A DNA stretch of 64,000 bases, from contig NC_087252.1 in the NCBI RefSeq assembly GCF_037042905.1, positions 15,130,001 to 15,194,000 on the forward strand, in the 5' to 3' direction. The DNA comes from Lytechinus pictus (lineage: Eukaryota). Below are positions 1 to 13,200 of the stretch, piece after piece; the first letter of the stretch is position 1; every line of letters begins with the position of its first letter. A program made the translations under genes and the position numbers. Under the pieces are notes generated by a model. That model searched no databases and was not told the origin of the DNA. It saw nothing but the letters and a program-made list of their open reading frames with translations.

Positions 1-1221
1 GATACTTGATTACTATTATGTCCAAGTTTTATGAACTAGACCAACACACTTTCAAATTTATGGCTGTAATTCAACAAATACCCCAATTTGGCCAAAGTTC
101 ATTGACCCTAAATGACCTTTGACCTTGATCATGTGACCTGAAACTTGCACAGGATGTTCAGTAATACTTGATTACTATTATGTCCAAGTTTCATGAATCA
201 GATCCATAAACTTTCAAAGTTATGATGGTAATTCAACAGATACCCCCAATTCGGCCAAAGTTCATTGACCCTAAATGACCTTTGACCTTGGTCATGTGAC
301 GTGAAACTCATGCAGGATGTTCAGTGATACTTGATTAACCTTATGTATAAGTTTCATGAACTAGGTCCATATATTTTCAAAGTTATGATGACATTTCGAA
401 AACTTAACCTTAGGTTAAGATTTTGATGTTGATTCCCCCAACATGGTCTAAGTTCATTGACCTTACATGACCTTTGACCTTGATCATGTGACCTGAAACT
501 CGCACAGGATGTTCAGTGATACTTGATTACTATTATGTCCAAGTTTTATGAACTAGACCAACACACTTTCAAATTTATGGCTGTAATTCAACAAATACCC
601 CAATTTGGCCAAAGTTCATTGACCCTAAATGACCTTTGACCTTGATCATGTGACCTGAAACTTGCACAGGATGTTCAGTAATACTTGGTTACTATTATGT
701 CCAAGTTTCATGAATCAGATCCATAAACTTTCAAAGTTATGATGGTAATTCAACAGATACCCCCAATTCGGCCAAAGTTCATTGACCCTAAATGACCTTT
801 GACCTTGGTCATGTGACGTGAAACTCATGCAGGATGTTCAGTGATACTTGATTAACCTTATGTATAAGTTTCATGAACTAGGTCCATATATTTTCAAAGT
901 TATGATGACATTTCAAAAACTTAACCTTAGGTTAAGATTTTGATGTTGATTCCCCCAACATGGTCTAAGTTCATTGACCCTAAATGACCTTTGACCTTGG
1001 TCATGTGACATGAAACTCAGGCAGGATGTTCAGTAATACTTGATTAACCTTATGGCCAAGTTTCATGAACTAGGTCCATATACTTTCTAAGTTATGCTGT
1101 CATTTCAAAAACTTAACCTCAGGTTAAGATTTGGTGTTGACGCCGCCGCCGCCGCCGCCGCCGCCGCCGTCGGAAAAGCGGCGCCTATAGTCTCACTCTG
1201 CTATGCAGGTGAGACAAAAAC
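1..1221 (-). mobile_element. Non-autonomous Helentron-like (HINE/DINE-type) element with internal ~172-bp tandem array; runs off the left edge
   Basis: Minus strand begins TTTTTGTCTCACC..GCAGAGTGAGAC (short inverted repeat), then a (GGC)n microsatellite at 1141-1169, then tandem monomers of about 170-178 bp with a 517-bp three-monomer period (position 1 matches position 518). Confidence 0.7.
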
Positions 1222-1248
1222 CTATTCTGATTTTACACATAAAATTCA

Positions 1249-2776
1249 GGGGGCCGTTTCATAAATCTGTTCGTAAGGTAAGAGCAACATTAAAGGAGAA
1301 TGAAACCCAAAATGTAATATCACATAATATCATTGATAAGTAAATGATAATCAAAATGAATCCACTTATACCCATATCCGATTTCCCAGAGTGGAGTACC
1401 ACCTCTTCAAAGTTAGACTTCTTCACGTTCAAAGTCTCTGAATGGAGATCGCCATTGTTGCGAGGTTCGTTCAAAATTGTGACGTCAGCGACGTACAACT
1501 GCTCTCGGTACTAGCTTCCATGTGCAGCTAGTCACAGGCTGAAACCAACCCCGAGTTCGCATAATATAGATACCTTTTTTACAAGAAATAAATATAATAT
1601 ACACATAAAAACACTTGAAAATATTATCAAAAAGCTATTCAAATTATTTTATGGTTTAAAACACAAATTGATGAGTTTTGATGAAAATGTTTACACATTT
1701 ATTTACTATTACCAAATTGGCAAATTTGACAAAGCTAAATTTGTACATAGACAGTACAGCCGTCCCCGGCCGCCCACTCATCACACGTATTGCGAGGTTA
1801 GTATTATAAGCCAGCGCTGTGAACCGCGTTTGGCAGTGGATTTCTATCTAGTGGGTCGCGCGTGCTGGGATCTTCCTTCTGGTGTCCACAACACACGACT
1901 TCTGTGGCTTGATTTTTCTGTGCGCGGCAGCATGTAATGAACCCTTGAGTGCCGACCGCCGGCCCACGAACCGAGTGATCGTGTTAACTGTTATGTTGGA
2001 AGTTTGGTTGTCTATCCCGTTTGAATATCGTTAAATTGTTAATTGTGCTATTTTTCAATATATCTAACGTTGTTTATTATTTGTTACCGTCGATTTTAAG
2101 TAAAACAAAACTTATCGGACGTTTGTATTGAAATAGAACTTTGTTAGAAGGCCCGAGAGCCTACGACTTCGAGTCCCAATACTCGGCCAAAGAAATCGGT
2201 AAAATGCTCGCTACGAATAACATCATTCCTCGTGAATTTGGAAGAATTGTTGTATTTCTCGACCTTTAGTGCAGCCACTCATTTTTTAAAGAGATTTCTG
2301 GCCTCTTCTGCGGATCAGGAATTTGGCAAAAGCTGCATTTTGTGCCCCTTTCTGACCACTCTGGCCCATGTATTTTATGCTAGCAATCAAAGGCGAGTGC
2401 CGAGGTCGGACACCGAGTTGTACGTCGCTGACGTCACAACCCCCCACAGAGATATAGGGAGTATGAGCAAAATGGCGATCTCCACGGGTCTTTCAAATAT
2501 CAAAACATTGATAACTTTGACTTGGCATATCATGGGAAATAGGAAACCGTTCTGCCTCATTTTAATTTTATTTTAATCAGTGAAATGTAATCACTTTATG
2601 ATCAGATAATAAATCTATCCTTTCATTTTCCTTTAAGAACGACGGTGAACCTTTCTTACGAGTTAAATAATCACCAATAAACATTTAATGGTGAATATCA
2701 TTTACCACAAGAAAGGATCACCAGTCGTTTTTTAATGTCACTCTTAAGTTACGATAAGCTTTATGAAACAGCCCCC
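1249..2776. mobile_element. Short MITE (GGGGGCCGTTTCATAAA termini) split by a Kolobok-like insertion
   Basis: TIR GGGGGCCGTTTCATAAA / TTTATGAAACAGCCCCC; uninterrupted relatives at about 3195-3375 and 53283-53457. Confidence 0.6.
1294..2632. mobile_element. Non-autonomous Kolobok-like DNA transposon
   Basis: TTAA on both sides (1290-1293, 2633-2636); termini AGGAGAATGAAA / TTTCATTTTCCT; internal inverted blocks at about 1443-1500 and 2416-2484. Confidence 0.65.
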
Positions 2777-3810
2777 TGATCACAATATCACAATATTGAC
2801 AGCTCAACACAGTCCTTGTGAGTGACTTTCGGAACCAACTTTATTTTTGGTTTGGTGTTATAGTCATGTCAAAGTTGACCTAACACAACACCAAAAGGTC
2901 AACACTGAACTTTAAACCACCCGATACACTATAAAAATACATATAAAATGTATAAAATTCATTTCTACATTGGGCATTTTTAATATAGGGTTACTCATAT
3001 TGTGCACACATCCACCTTGTTAGATGCTCAAGGTGCTCTTACATTTCCCAAACTAAGCTATGCCAGTTACCATTTACCTCACCTTGGTTGAACGCAGCAC
3101 ATCATGGATCAATTTCTTCCAGAAGGAAATTATGCAATGGCTGGGATTCAAACCCATGACCCTCGGTTTAAAAGGTATGAGCCAGAACCACGAGGGGGCC
3201 ATTTCATAAAGCTGTTCGTAAGTTAACTGTGACTTTAAGAACGACTGGTGATCCTTTTTGTGATAAATGATGTTCACCATTAAATGTTCATTGGTGATTA
3301 TTTAGGGTGTAAGAAAGGTTCATCAGTCGTTCTCATCGTCGCTCTTGACTTACGAACAGCTTTATGAAACATCCACCAGACCAAAGTGTTCCAAATTTGC
3401 ATAAGGTAACTAATAACCTGATAAAATCTTCTATTTTTCATGAGGGTTATAGTTTTAAGGCTAGAATATACTCATTTTGTATAATTGGGTTACTATGTCA
3501 TGTTTTTAGAACCAACCCACACTGATCAGTTTTCTTTGGATAAAAAATTATTTTTATCAAAGTGGGTGTTTCATGAAGCTGTCCGTAAGTTATGAGTGAC
3601 TTTCCCTTTTTGTGGTAAACGATATAGATCAGATTTTCATAGGTGTTGATTTATTTCCTAAGAAACGATCACCTGTTCTTCGCAAATTTGCAGAATATGA
3701 CCTACCAGGACTGTATTCTGATATACTTACGGACTACCCTGTCTGTTTTCAATGACATAATTTTTGTTGGACTACCATGTTTACTGAGATGACTGGTAGT
3801 ATAAACTAAC

Positions 3811-3927
3811 CTGTCTTCTTGCTCTATGTCTTAGGTGAGCCATAAGAAACCTGAGCATCGCATTGTCTTCAAACTCTGGTCCTCGAACACGTTCCTCTTC
3901 ACGTTCTCTTCGATTCGTCATCATCAG
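3811..3927 (-). CDS. DCAF8: DCAF8 coding exon 8 (LMMTNRRERE...MLRFLMAHLRHRARRQ); terminal exon lies outside the window
   Basis: TAG acceptor, GTTAGT donor, phase 0/0; resembles the DCAF8 C-terminal motif MLWFLMHHLRQR. Confidence 0.85.
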
Positions 3928-3969
3928 CTACATGAGAGAGGAAATAACATCAAAATGAAGTAAAGCTCA

Positions 3970-4131
3970 GGGGCCCATTTCATAAAGGACTTACAACTGT
4001 TGTAACTTTGCCTTTTATGGCAACTACCATGATGGTAACCTTGATTTTGATTGGCTGCTGAGCCCTGTTACCATGGTAGTTGCCATAATGGCAAAGTTAC
4101 AACAGTTGCAACTCCTTTATGAAACAGGCCT
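3970..4131. mobile_element. Palindromic MITE (GGGGCCC.TTTCATAAAGGACTTACAAC family)
   Basis: Near-perfect hairpin; other copies at about 49800-49958 and 51140-51572. Confidence 0.65.
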
Positions 4132-4626
4132 CAGATAATAATTAAATAAAATTTACAAAATGATAATGTTAAATAATGAATATGAACAATGATTTACATA
4201 TAAATATAATGTTGTTGTTTGCATTTTAACAGCATTCATTAAAAAATTTATTCTGTTTTCACTGTATGTTTTGGGCTCAAGGTATAAATCCCCTTTTGAG
4301 TAGTCTTTGGACAAGGCCCTCCATCTGATGCGATGTTTATATCATATGCCAAGAGTCTGACAGGAGACTAATGGCAAAATCTGGGCAATAGAGACTCACA
4401 ACAACCAAGCTGGCATTTCTTATTTGTCCTATGTAGCCGTTTCATTTACTGAACTAAATGGAGAAATCTACCTGTACAAAATTCATCATTTTCTAGCCGT
4501 TTTTCAAAAGGGCAAAAAAAAGACAACAAAAAGGGAGAGAAAATACACACCACGTCAAGTTGTTTACTATGTACAATCACGTGCCCTTTTGAGAAGTGGT
4601 CTTGCTTTTAAAATATAGATATTTAA

Positions 4627-5720
<1,094 letters not shown>

Positions 5721-6089
5721 TCACATGGGAAATTCTTCAACCTCAAAAATAAAAATAACAATAGTCAGGGGAGTGTTTCATCAAAATTTACCTTCTGATA
5801 CGTTGTCAGATCTGACCACGTTCCTTGACTTTGATTGGTTGAAAAGCAGTTTTACTAAGTCAACTGTCAGATAAAACCGACTTCTCAGATTAAAAACGTC
5901 TGACTAGTCCTTTCATGAAATGCTCCCTCAGTTATTTAGAAGGTGCATGAGACGTACATTGTCAACCAGTCAACGGATCCAATCAGTCATTCTAGCACAC
6001 AGTCCATGCACATCCTCCACTGACTCCCCAGGGAGTATTCCAGCCATTTGCCATGTAAGGTGGTCATAATCCTTTTCTTCCTATAAACC

Positions 6090-6940
6090 CAACACTCTTA
6101 CCTCATCCCAGCCTTCCTTTATACCAAACACTTCAAAACCCATCCCAGTCTGCTATTACACCTAATACTTCACCCCCATTACAGCCTTCTTCTACACCTA
6201 ACACTTCAACTCCTATCCTCTTCTTCCTTTACACCAAATACTTCAACCCAATCCCATTCTTCTTCAACACCTGAAACCTCAGCCCCCTATCCTTACTCTA
6301 CACCTAACACATCAACCGCATCACATTGTTCTTTTACACTGAATACCTACTTCACGCTATCCTCGTCTTCCTTTACACCCATAGCTTCAACCCCCAATCA
6401 ATTTTTACTCTGCACCTAACACTTCAACCCGCATCACAGTATTTAATTTACACCTAACACTTCAACCTGCATCCCAGTCTTCATTTACACCTAATACTCT
6501 TACTTCATTCCAGCCTTCCCTAACACCAAACACTTCAATCCCAACCCAGCTTCCCATACACCTGGCACTCTTACTTATAACCCTTTCTCCCTCTACACCA
6601 ACAACTTCTAAACCAACCCAGTCTTTCTACATGTACATATGTAACACTCCTATCAAATTCCCAGACTTCATACCGTATACATGTACACCTAACACTTCAA
6701 AACACCTTCCAGCATTTCTTTACACTGAACACTTTGAAACAGGTCTATCTTGAACCTTCCCTACACCTAATAGCAACACTAACACTCTTACCCTATTCCA
6801 GCATTCATCTACACCTCACACTTCAACCCAAACACATGAACACTTCAAAATCCCAGCCATCATATACACCTAACACTTGAAACCCTTACCCGCATTTCCT
6901 TACAACTAACGCTTGGAAAACCATCCCCAAACTTTCTATA
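6090..6940. repeat. Degenerate ~36-bp minisatellite (TACACCTAACACTTCAACCC...)
   Basis: Recurrent TACACCTAACACTTCAA motif; plus strand is C-rich. Confidence 0.75.
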
Positions 6941-7018
6941 TACATGATAAAACAAGGAGTGTCTTATAGTGTCATTACATAGTGTCATTAAAAGACAAAT
7001 ATACATAATAGGTGTTTA

Positions 7019-7189
<171 letters not shown>

Positions 7190-7763
7190 TTATTCAACTA
7201 CATATTGAAACAACTTAATAATATATTTTCGATAACAGCACAAAAGTTACAAGAAATATCATTGAAAATGTATACCCCTCCACATGCCTTTCCACTACAA
7301 TGCATTTTCCAAGACATTTGGAAAACAGGTCTTGGTATGTCTTTACCCAAGACTACAGCTTGTGCCACAATTCATGAACACTGGTCAAAAACAGACGGAG
7401 TTGGATTGTGCAGTGACTTTTCCTTATTTTTCTTGGGGGGGGGGCATAACATGCAATTATTATGGCAACACCATTTCCTACACATCACTTACGAAAAATG
7501 TTTCTCGTACATCTTCATGTCAAGCTCCGTGCACTGAATTTCATCAGCACAGGTCATAAACTGAAAACAAAGTTCGATGAGCAAGATTTTTACACATTCG
7601 TTGATGAAATATGCAGCTACCATGGTAATACAGTATCCAACGCAAACCGACCAACTGTAGATTCCTTTATACCCCTTCAAACTTTTTTTGCACAGATATA
7701 ATAATGTCAGTGCTAATACCATTTTAACATATATATCTAACATTACTTGAAGACAGCTATGTA

Positions 7764-7884
7764 CAGTGCATCCCATAAAAAAGGAAACCTGTTTTCACAT
7801 ACTAATATCACTTTCATTAAATTTTTTTAAAACCAACTTTGACACTACTGTGAATCTCAATTTCCTTTTTTCTGGGACACACTG
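7764..7884. mobile_element. Short Tc1/mariner-type MITE
   Basis: TA flanks with CAGTGCATCCCA / TGGGACACACTG termini; related to the element at 17639-18450. Confidence 0.55.
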
Positions 7885-7917
7885 TATGAGCTTATCCATC
7901 TCATTTATTCAACTTAC

Positions 7918-8051
7918 CTTGACCGTTGTAGGAGTAGAGACAGCACGTTACATTGGCCTTTACTTGGTCATTGTCTTTCAGAGAATCTGGACAAAATTTC
8001 TTCACAAGACCAGAGTTTTCTTCATCCGTTATCTTGCGTTTATCATAAACC
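7918..8051 (-). CDS. DCAF8: DCAF8 coding exon 5 (VYDKRKITDEENSGLVKKFCP...ANVTCCLYSYNGQ)
   Basis: CAG acceptor, GTAAGT donor, phase 2/1. Confidence 0.92.
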
Positions 8052-8238
8052 CTGCCGAAAACAAAACCTTATTTTATTTATTGTACAAAGATACATGTAC
8101 GTCATCGTTATAGATTTAAGGCGATAGAACAAAACTGTATCATATTTCAATATCTCATCAAACATATTTGTCTCTGCCACCAACAATGAATTGGTTGATA
8201 TTTACATTATACAGGATGGCTCAAAATGGAATACCAGA

Positions 8239-9329
8239 TTCATTCAGATTCAGATTAGATTCATTTATTGTTAATCCATGATAAAATACATAGAAATTTG
8301 GCCTCCACTGGCTGTACATACAAATGATATAAAGCATATATACAAACACAAACGACATATACATTGGGCGAATATATTGAAAGAAAATATACATAAACAA
8401 TTCAAACATATATTGCAATACAACATATAAGGGAGATGTCAAATAATTTACCCATTAAAGACAAAGAGTGAGAAATGGCTGACTAAGAGATAGATGGAAG
8501 AGACCATGCAAGCAAGAAGAGAAAGAGTTAGTTGGATAGAAACAAAAGTGGACGCAGTGGAGAAGGAAAGTGAGCGAAGAAGAAAGAGGGAAATCATAGC
8601 AGAGAGAGACAGAGAGAGATAGAGAGGGAGAGAAAAAAGCTTAAACGGAAGGATAATTAGGCATTACAAAATTGCAGCGAAGATACACAGCTGTATTCAT
8701 ACGTTAAAAGTAATTACATAAGAAAGAACACATTTAAAACCGACTTTGAAGTGCATAACAAGCTGGGAAGGACAGAGGCAAGAATGGGCTGGAGATCGAT
8801 TACAAGTGTGTACGAATTGAATTACTTAACAATAATAATATAGGGTAGACAGGCAAAGACGTTGTCAAGGATTGAATGCTGACATGCGTGGTTACAAAAG
8901 CCTCTCAGCGTTCAACTTTGTCATTGTACATATGAATTGCATTGGGTACAAACGATTGTCTAAATCGTGAACGGATACTCTTGGGTGCACGGAGGCGAAT
9001 GCCTGAGCGGTTGAATCCAAAGAAACTGTGCAATGGATGTGATGAATCATTCATGATTGTATGTATTTTTAGTAACACACGTTTTTCATACAAAGTACTG
9101 ATGGGGGGAAGATCCGAGTGAATCAGTCTTTGTGCGATTTTCCTGGGTCTTTCGATTTTTTCAGATTTTTATTTGAGAGATTAACAAAAATGCACAAAAA
9201 ATTGAAAGTGAGGATACTCTGAATAAGAGATTGGTAGAAAAGAACCAAGATCCTATTATCGACACTAAACTCCTTGAGTTTCCTCAAAAAGTGTAACCTT
9301 TGACATGCCTTGCCTGCTACAATTTGTTT
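8239..9329 (-). mobile_element. 5'-truncated CR1-group LINE (Rex1/Babar-like 3' end)
   Basis: Minus strand encodes QRLHFLRKLKEF...LFYQSLIQSIL...IMNDSSHPLH...RFRQSFVPNAI; ends with AATAAA and a (GAATCT)n-like tail; possible TSD TACCAGA at 8232-8238 and 9330-9336. Confidence 0.7.
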
Positions 9330-9454
9330 TACCAGAGATATAATCCAAGGGTTAGAGCCAATATCAGCCCTAACAAGTGGAATTCCATGAAATAAAGCAA
9401 TCTTATATAAGTATTATTAACTATCCCAATCCCCCCCCCAAAAAAAAAAGAGGA

Positions 9455-10255
9455 GAAATACCTTGCATACTGGTCTATACCACCAACAATGGACTGGGCA
9501 ATATTTTGATATATTAACCTTATAAACTGATCTCTGCCACCAACAGTGAACTGGTTGATATTTTACCTGACATACTGGTTTCTGCCACCAACAGTGAACT
9601 GGTTGATATTTTAATATATCACCTGACATACTGGTTTCTGCCACCAACAATGAACTCGTTGATATTTTAATATATTACCTGACATACTTGTTTCTGCCAC
9701 GAACAGTGAACTGGTTGATATTTTAATATATTACCTTACATACTGGTCTCTGCTACAAACAAATGAACTGATTGAAATTTTAATACATACTTGTCTCTGC
9801 CACTAACATGGAATTTGGTTGATATTTCAATATAGTACCTTACATGCTGGTCTCTGCCAACTAATATAAACTTGTTGATATTTTTTAATACATTACCTGA
9901 TACTCTGGTCTCTGTCACCAATAGTGAACTGGTTGATATATCAATATATTGAATTAAATAGTGATCTCGACTACCAGCAATGCTGGTTGATATTTCACTA
10001 TATTACCTGACGTACTGGTCCCTGCCACCAACTATGAACTGGTTGATATTTTACTATATTACCTGACATACTGGTCTATACCACCACAATGAACTGGTTG
10101 ATATTTTACTATATTACCTGACATACTGGTCTATACCACCACAATGAACTGGTTTATATTTTACTATATTACCTGACATACTGGTCTATACCACCACAAT
10201 GAACTGGTTTATATTTTACTATATTACCTGACATACTGGTCTATACCACCACAAT
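9455..10255 (-). repeat. 55/56-bp minisatellite derived from the DCAF8 exon 4 3' end plus splice donor (distal part)
   Basis: Unit ACAATGAACTGGTTGATATTTTACTATATTACCTGACATACTGGTCTATACCACC is homologous to 15497-15552. Confidence 0.9.
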
Positions 10256-13200
10256 GTAGGTATGTTGCAATCCCCGCATCGCGACAGCGAAATTTCTGTC
10301 ACTGTGTGTGCGTGCATGGGTGCGAGATGGACGGGCAATCCCCTGAAAATGGAGCTTTATCAGTGGTTAAATGTACTTAGAATACATCGGATACTAGTTT
10401 TTGAGAATGTTGAAAACTTCCTCTTCAATTTGGTATCCGATTTATATTGAGACAATTTATGCTTGCGATAAGTCGACGAAGACAAAGTGAAGTGAGAGTT
10501 CAACCCGTTCAAATTCCATGACCGGGGTATTGGACCGAGATAAAAGGTATGTAGGATGATTATTTATCTTTTAATTAGTGCTCATGTGAAATCTTATCGA
10601 AATTTGACGATTCCAACTATCATTTTTTGAAGCGACATTTGTGCATGTCATGGATTGGCAGTAACTCTTGTACGGTCACTACGGTACGCTGTACCCGAAC
10701 GCTACGTACCGTACTACACTATGCTGTGAGTGGCAATCTGGCGATCGAACGATCTTGTTATGTTATTTTCTTCGCAATATTTTCATCACAAATATGGATT
10801 GATGTAATGAAAAATGTAAAAAAATGAATTATATAGATATCATTCTTACATGAGATGAAAGATAATTAGTCACTTTAGCATCGATGAAGCGGATGCGGAT
10901 GGATTTTGTGAGCTTATTCTTTCGGGATTTTATGAATGATGGAATCATTTTGATCATGGTGATTTCCCTCGATTGACATTTATAAACCCTTATTCATGAA
11001 TGGCATCGTCTACATAATCGTTAATTCAGTCATTTTTCAAATTTCATAGTCTTGTGTGAATTGATTTAGATGTAATTTGAACATGATTTGTAAATTCATT
11101 TATGAATAATTGTAAATATTCATATTATGTGTCAGATAAATGTTGAATTTAAATGAATTTAATGGGATAGTCCATTATATGAAAGGGGGTGTGTGTCATT
11201 TTTTACCTTGGCTTAGTACTAAGTTTTAAAACAACATAGCCATAATGACATTCATTTAATCATTTTCTGTCTTAAAAATTATGAAAAGGAAGTAAATGGT
11301 TAAGTATTGTGTAGAATTTAGCCCTTATTCTCGCAAGATTTTTTTTCTCTCTAGTATAACTATGAGTTCATATGGCATCTTGATATTTTTTTCCAGTACC
11401 ATAATTCATAATTTTCCTTGATCTTTAAGAATTCATTGATATTTTTAGATGTCACGATTTTTCATAATTTCAATTTAAATTTGGCCTCATCTTCTTGTCT
11501 TCTCTCACCATTCTCAAAAGAAATTCTTACCTTGATTTCACCACCATGGCCATGTATGTTATTTATTAAATTTAATTATATTTTGCCTTAATTTTCCCAT
11601 TCTTTTTCTCCATCATTAATTAGAGATTGTTGTTATTGTTCTATGAGACTAATCAGGGGTTTTTTATATGATTTTTAAAAAATATTAAATAAACCTTGAC
11701 TGCTAACCGATTGTATCTAACCGCTCTTATTTTCAGATGTCACCACCAAAGAAAAGGCGAAAAGTTGTTAATCCTAATGCCCAGCCTGGCATCGCACAAT
11801 CTCATCTAGACAGATGTTTTTCGGTCATTCCCAATGCAGCAGCGGATTTGAAAAATGGACACATCTTGTATATTTACAAGACTTCTGAAAAGAGTCGTGC
11901 TGAAACAGAGAGGAAACTGAGGTTCCATTTTCATTTGAAGGAATCAGACAGCTCAGCCATCAACTCGAAGGTGAAGGTTCTTGTAAATAAGACATTGCAG
12001 AAGTATAAGAAGCTGAGCAATAAAAAGGAGTTCCAGGCATTTGAAATGATCTGTGATGAAACTTTTCATCTCCCTCAAAGCAGTGATGACAGTCCACCTT
12101 CTCAAGAACAAGATTCTGACAATGGGAACAGGAAGGATGGAGATTTGTGCATTGGTGAATCTTGGACTAGTGGCAGCATCTCTCCTGTGACCACACCCTC
12201 AACAGTTGCTCTTCAGGAGCCAACAACATCAAAGTCCTCTTTTGTATCAACAAGAAGTGCGAGTGAAGCCCTCACGCCCAGGAAACAATTACTGAAGAGA
12301 AGATTAGACTTTGTGTCCACATCAAAGATTGCTCTTACACAGAAGTATAAATCCAGAATTAATAAACTTAAAGTGCAGTTACAAACTCCCAAACGGGTCA
12401 TGAACCAAACTCTGAAGAGAAAAGAACACAGTATTGAATTGAAGAATAGGAAAGTTCAAAAACTAAAAGCTAGATTACGTAGAGATTCATTGGCAAGAGA
12501 GCTTGCAGAAGAAAGGGCAAAGTACTTAAAACTGAGAAAAGCACACAACCAGTTGTTGAAAAATAAGTCAGTCAAGTACCAAAAACTACAAAGGAAACTG
12601 AAAGACAAAGAAGAGCAGTTGAAAGGCTTGGAATATGACAATCTTATTCTCAGTGAAGAAATTGAAGATCTAAAGGCTACCAGTACCATTAAGACTAAAG
12701 TGGACAAGAAGACCTACTCATCATCCACAAGAATGACTGTTTATGACTGCATAGTAAACAAAACACCAACTGCAAATATTCCAGTCCTCATGAGCCAGAT
12801 GTATAAAGCGACATGGTATCCAGGTTGAAAGTGTTCCACAACGAAGTGCAGTTGAGCTAATGGCTCTTAAGTTGGGGGCAATAAGTGAGCTTCAGACTGT
12901 TGAAATGATATTGTCATCCAAAGATATCACTCTGGGTTTTGATGCAACAACACAGGAAGAGACACACGTAAACAGTATTCATTTCACCACAAAAGATGAA
13001 TGTCTTGTGGCAGCTTGCGATGAGTTAGCTGGAGGAAGTGCAGAAGATTATGCGGACCATATTTGCAGCACAGTTGACAAGTTAAGTGAAACATACACTT
13101 ACTTTCATGAAGGAGCAGACTTCCAAGATACCCGAAAGAAAATCATCAACAACATTTCAAACAGCTTGAGTGACAGATGTGCAGCTAACCACGCCGCTAT

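Noticed and set aside
10250..10256. CACAATG resembling a Transib/RAG heptamer at the transposon boundary
   Set aside because: It belongs to the target minisatellite unit, occurs in direct orientation at both ends, and the protein lacks recognisable Transib/RAG1 motifs.
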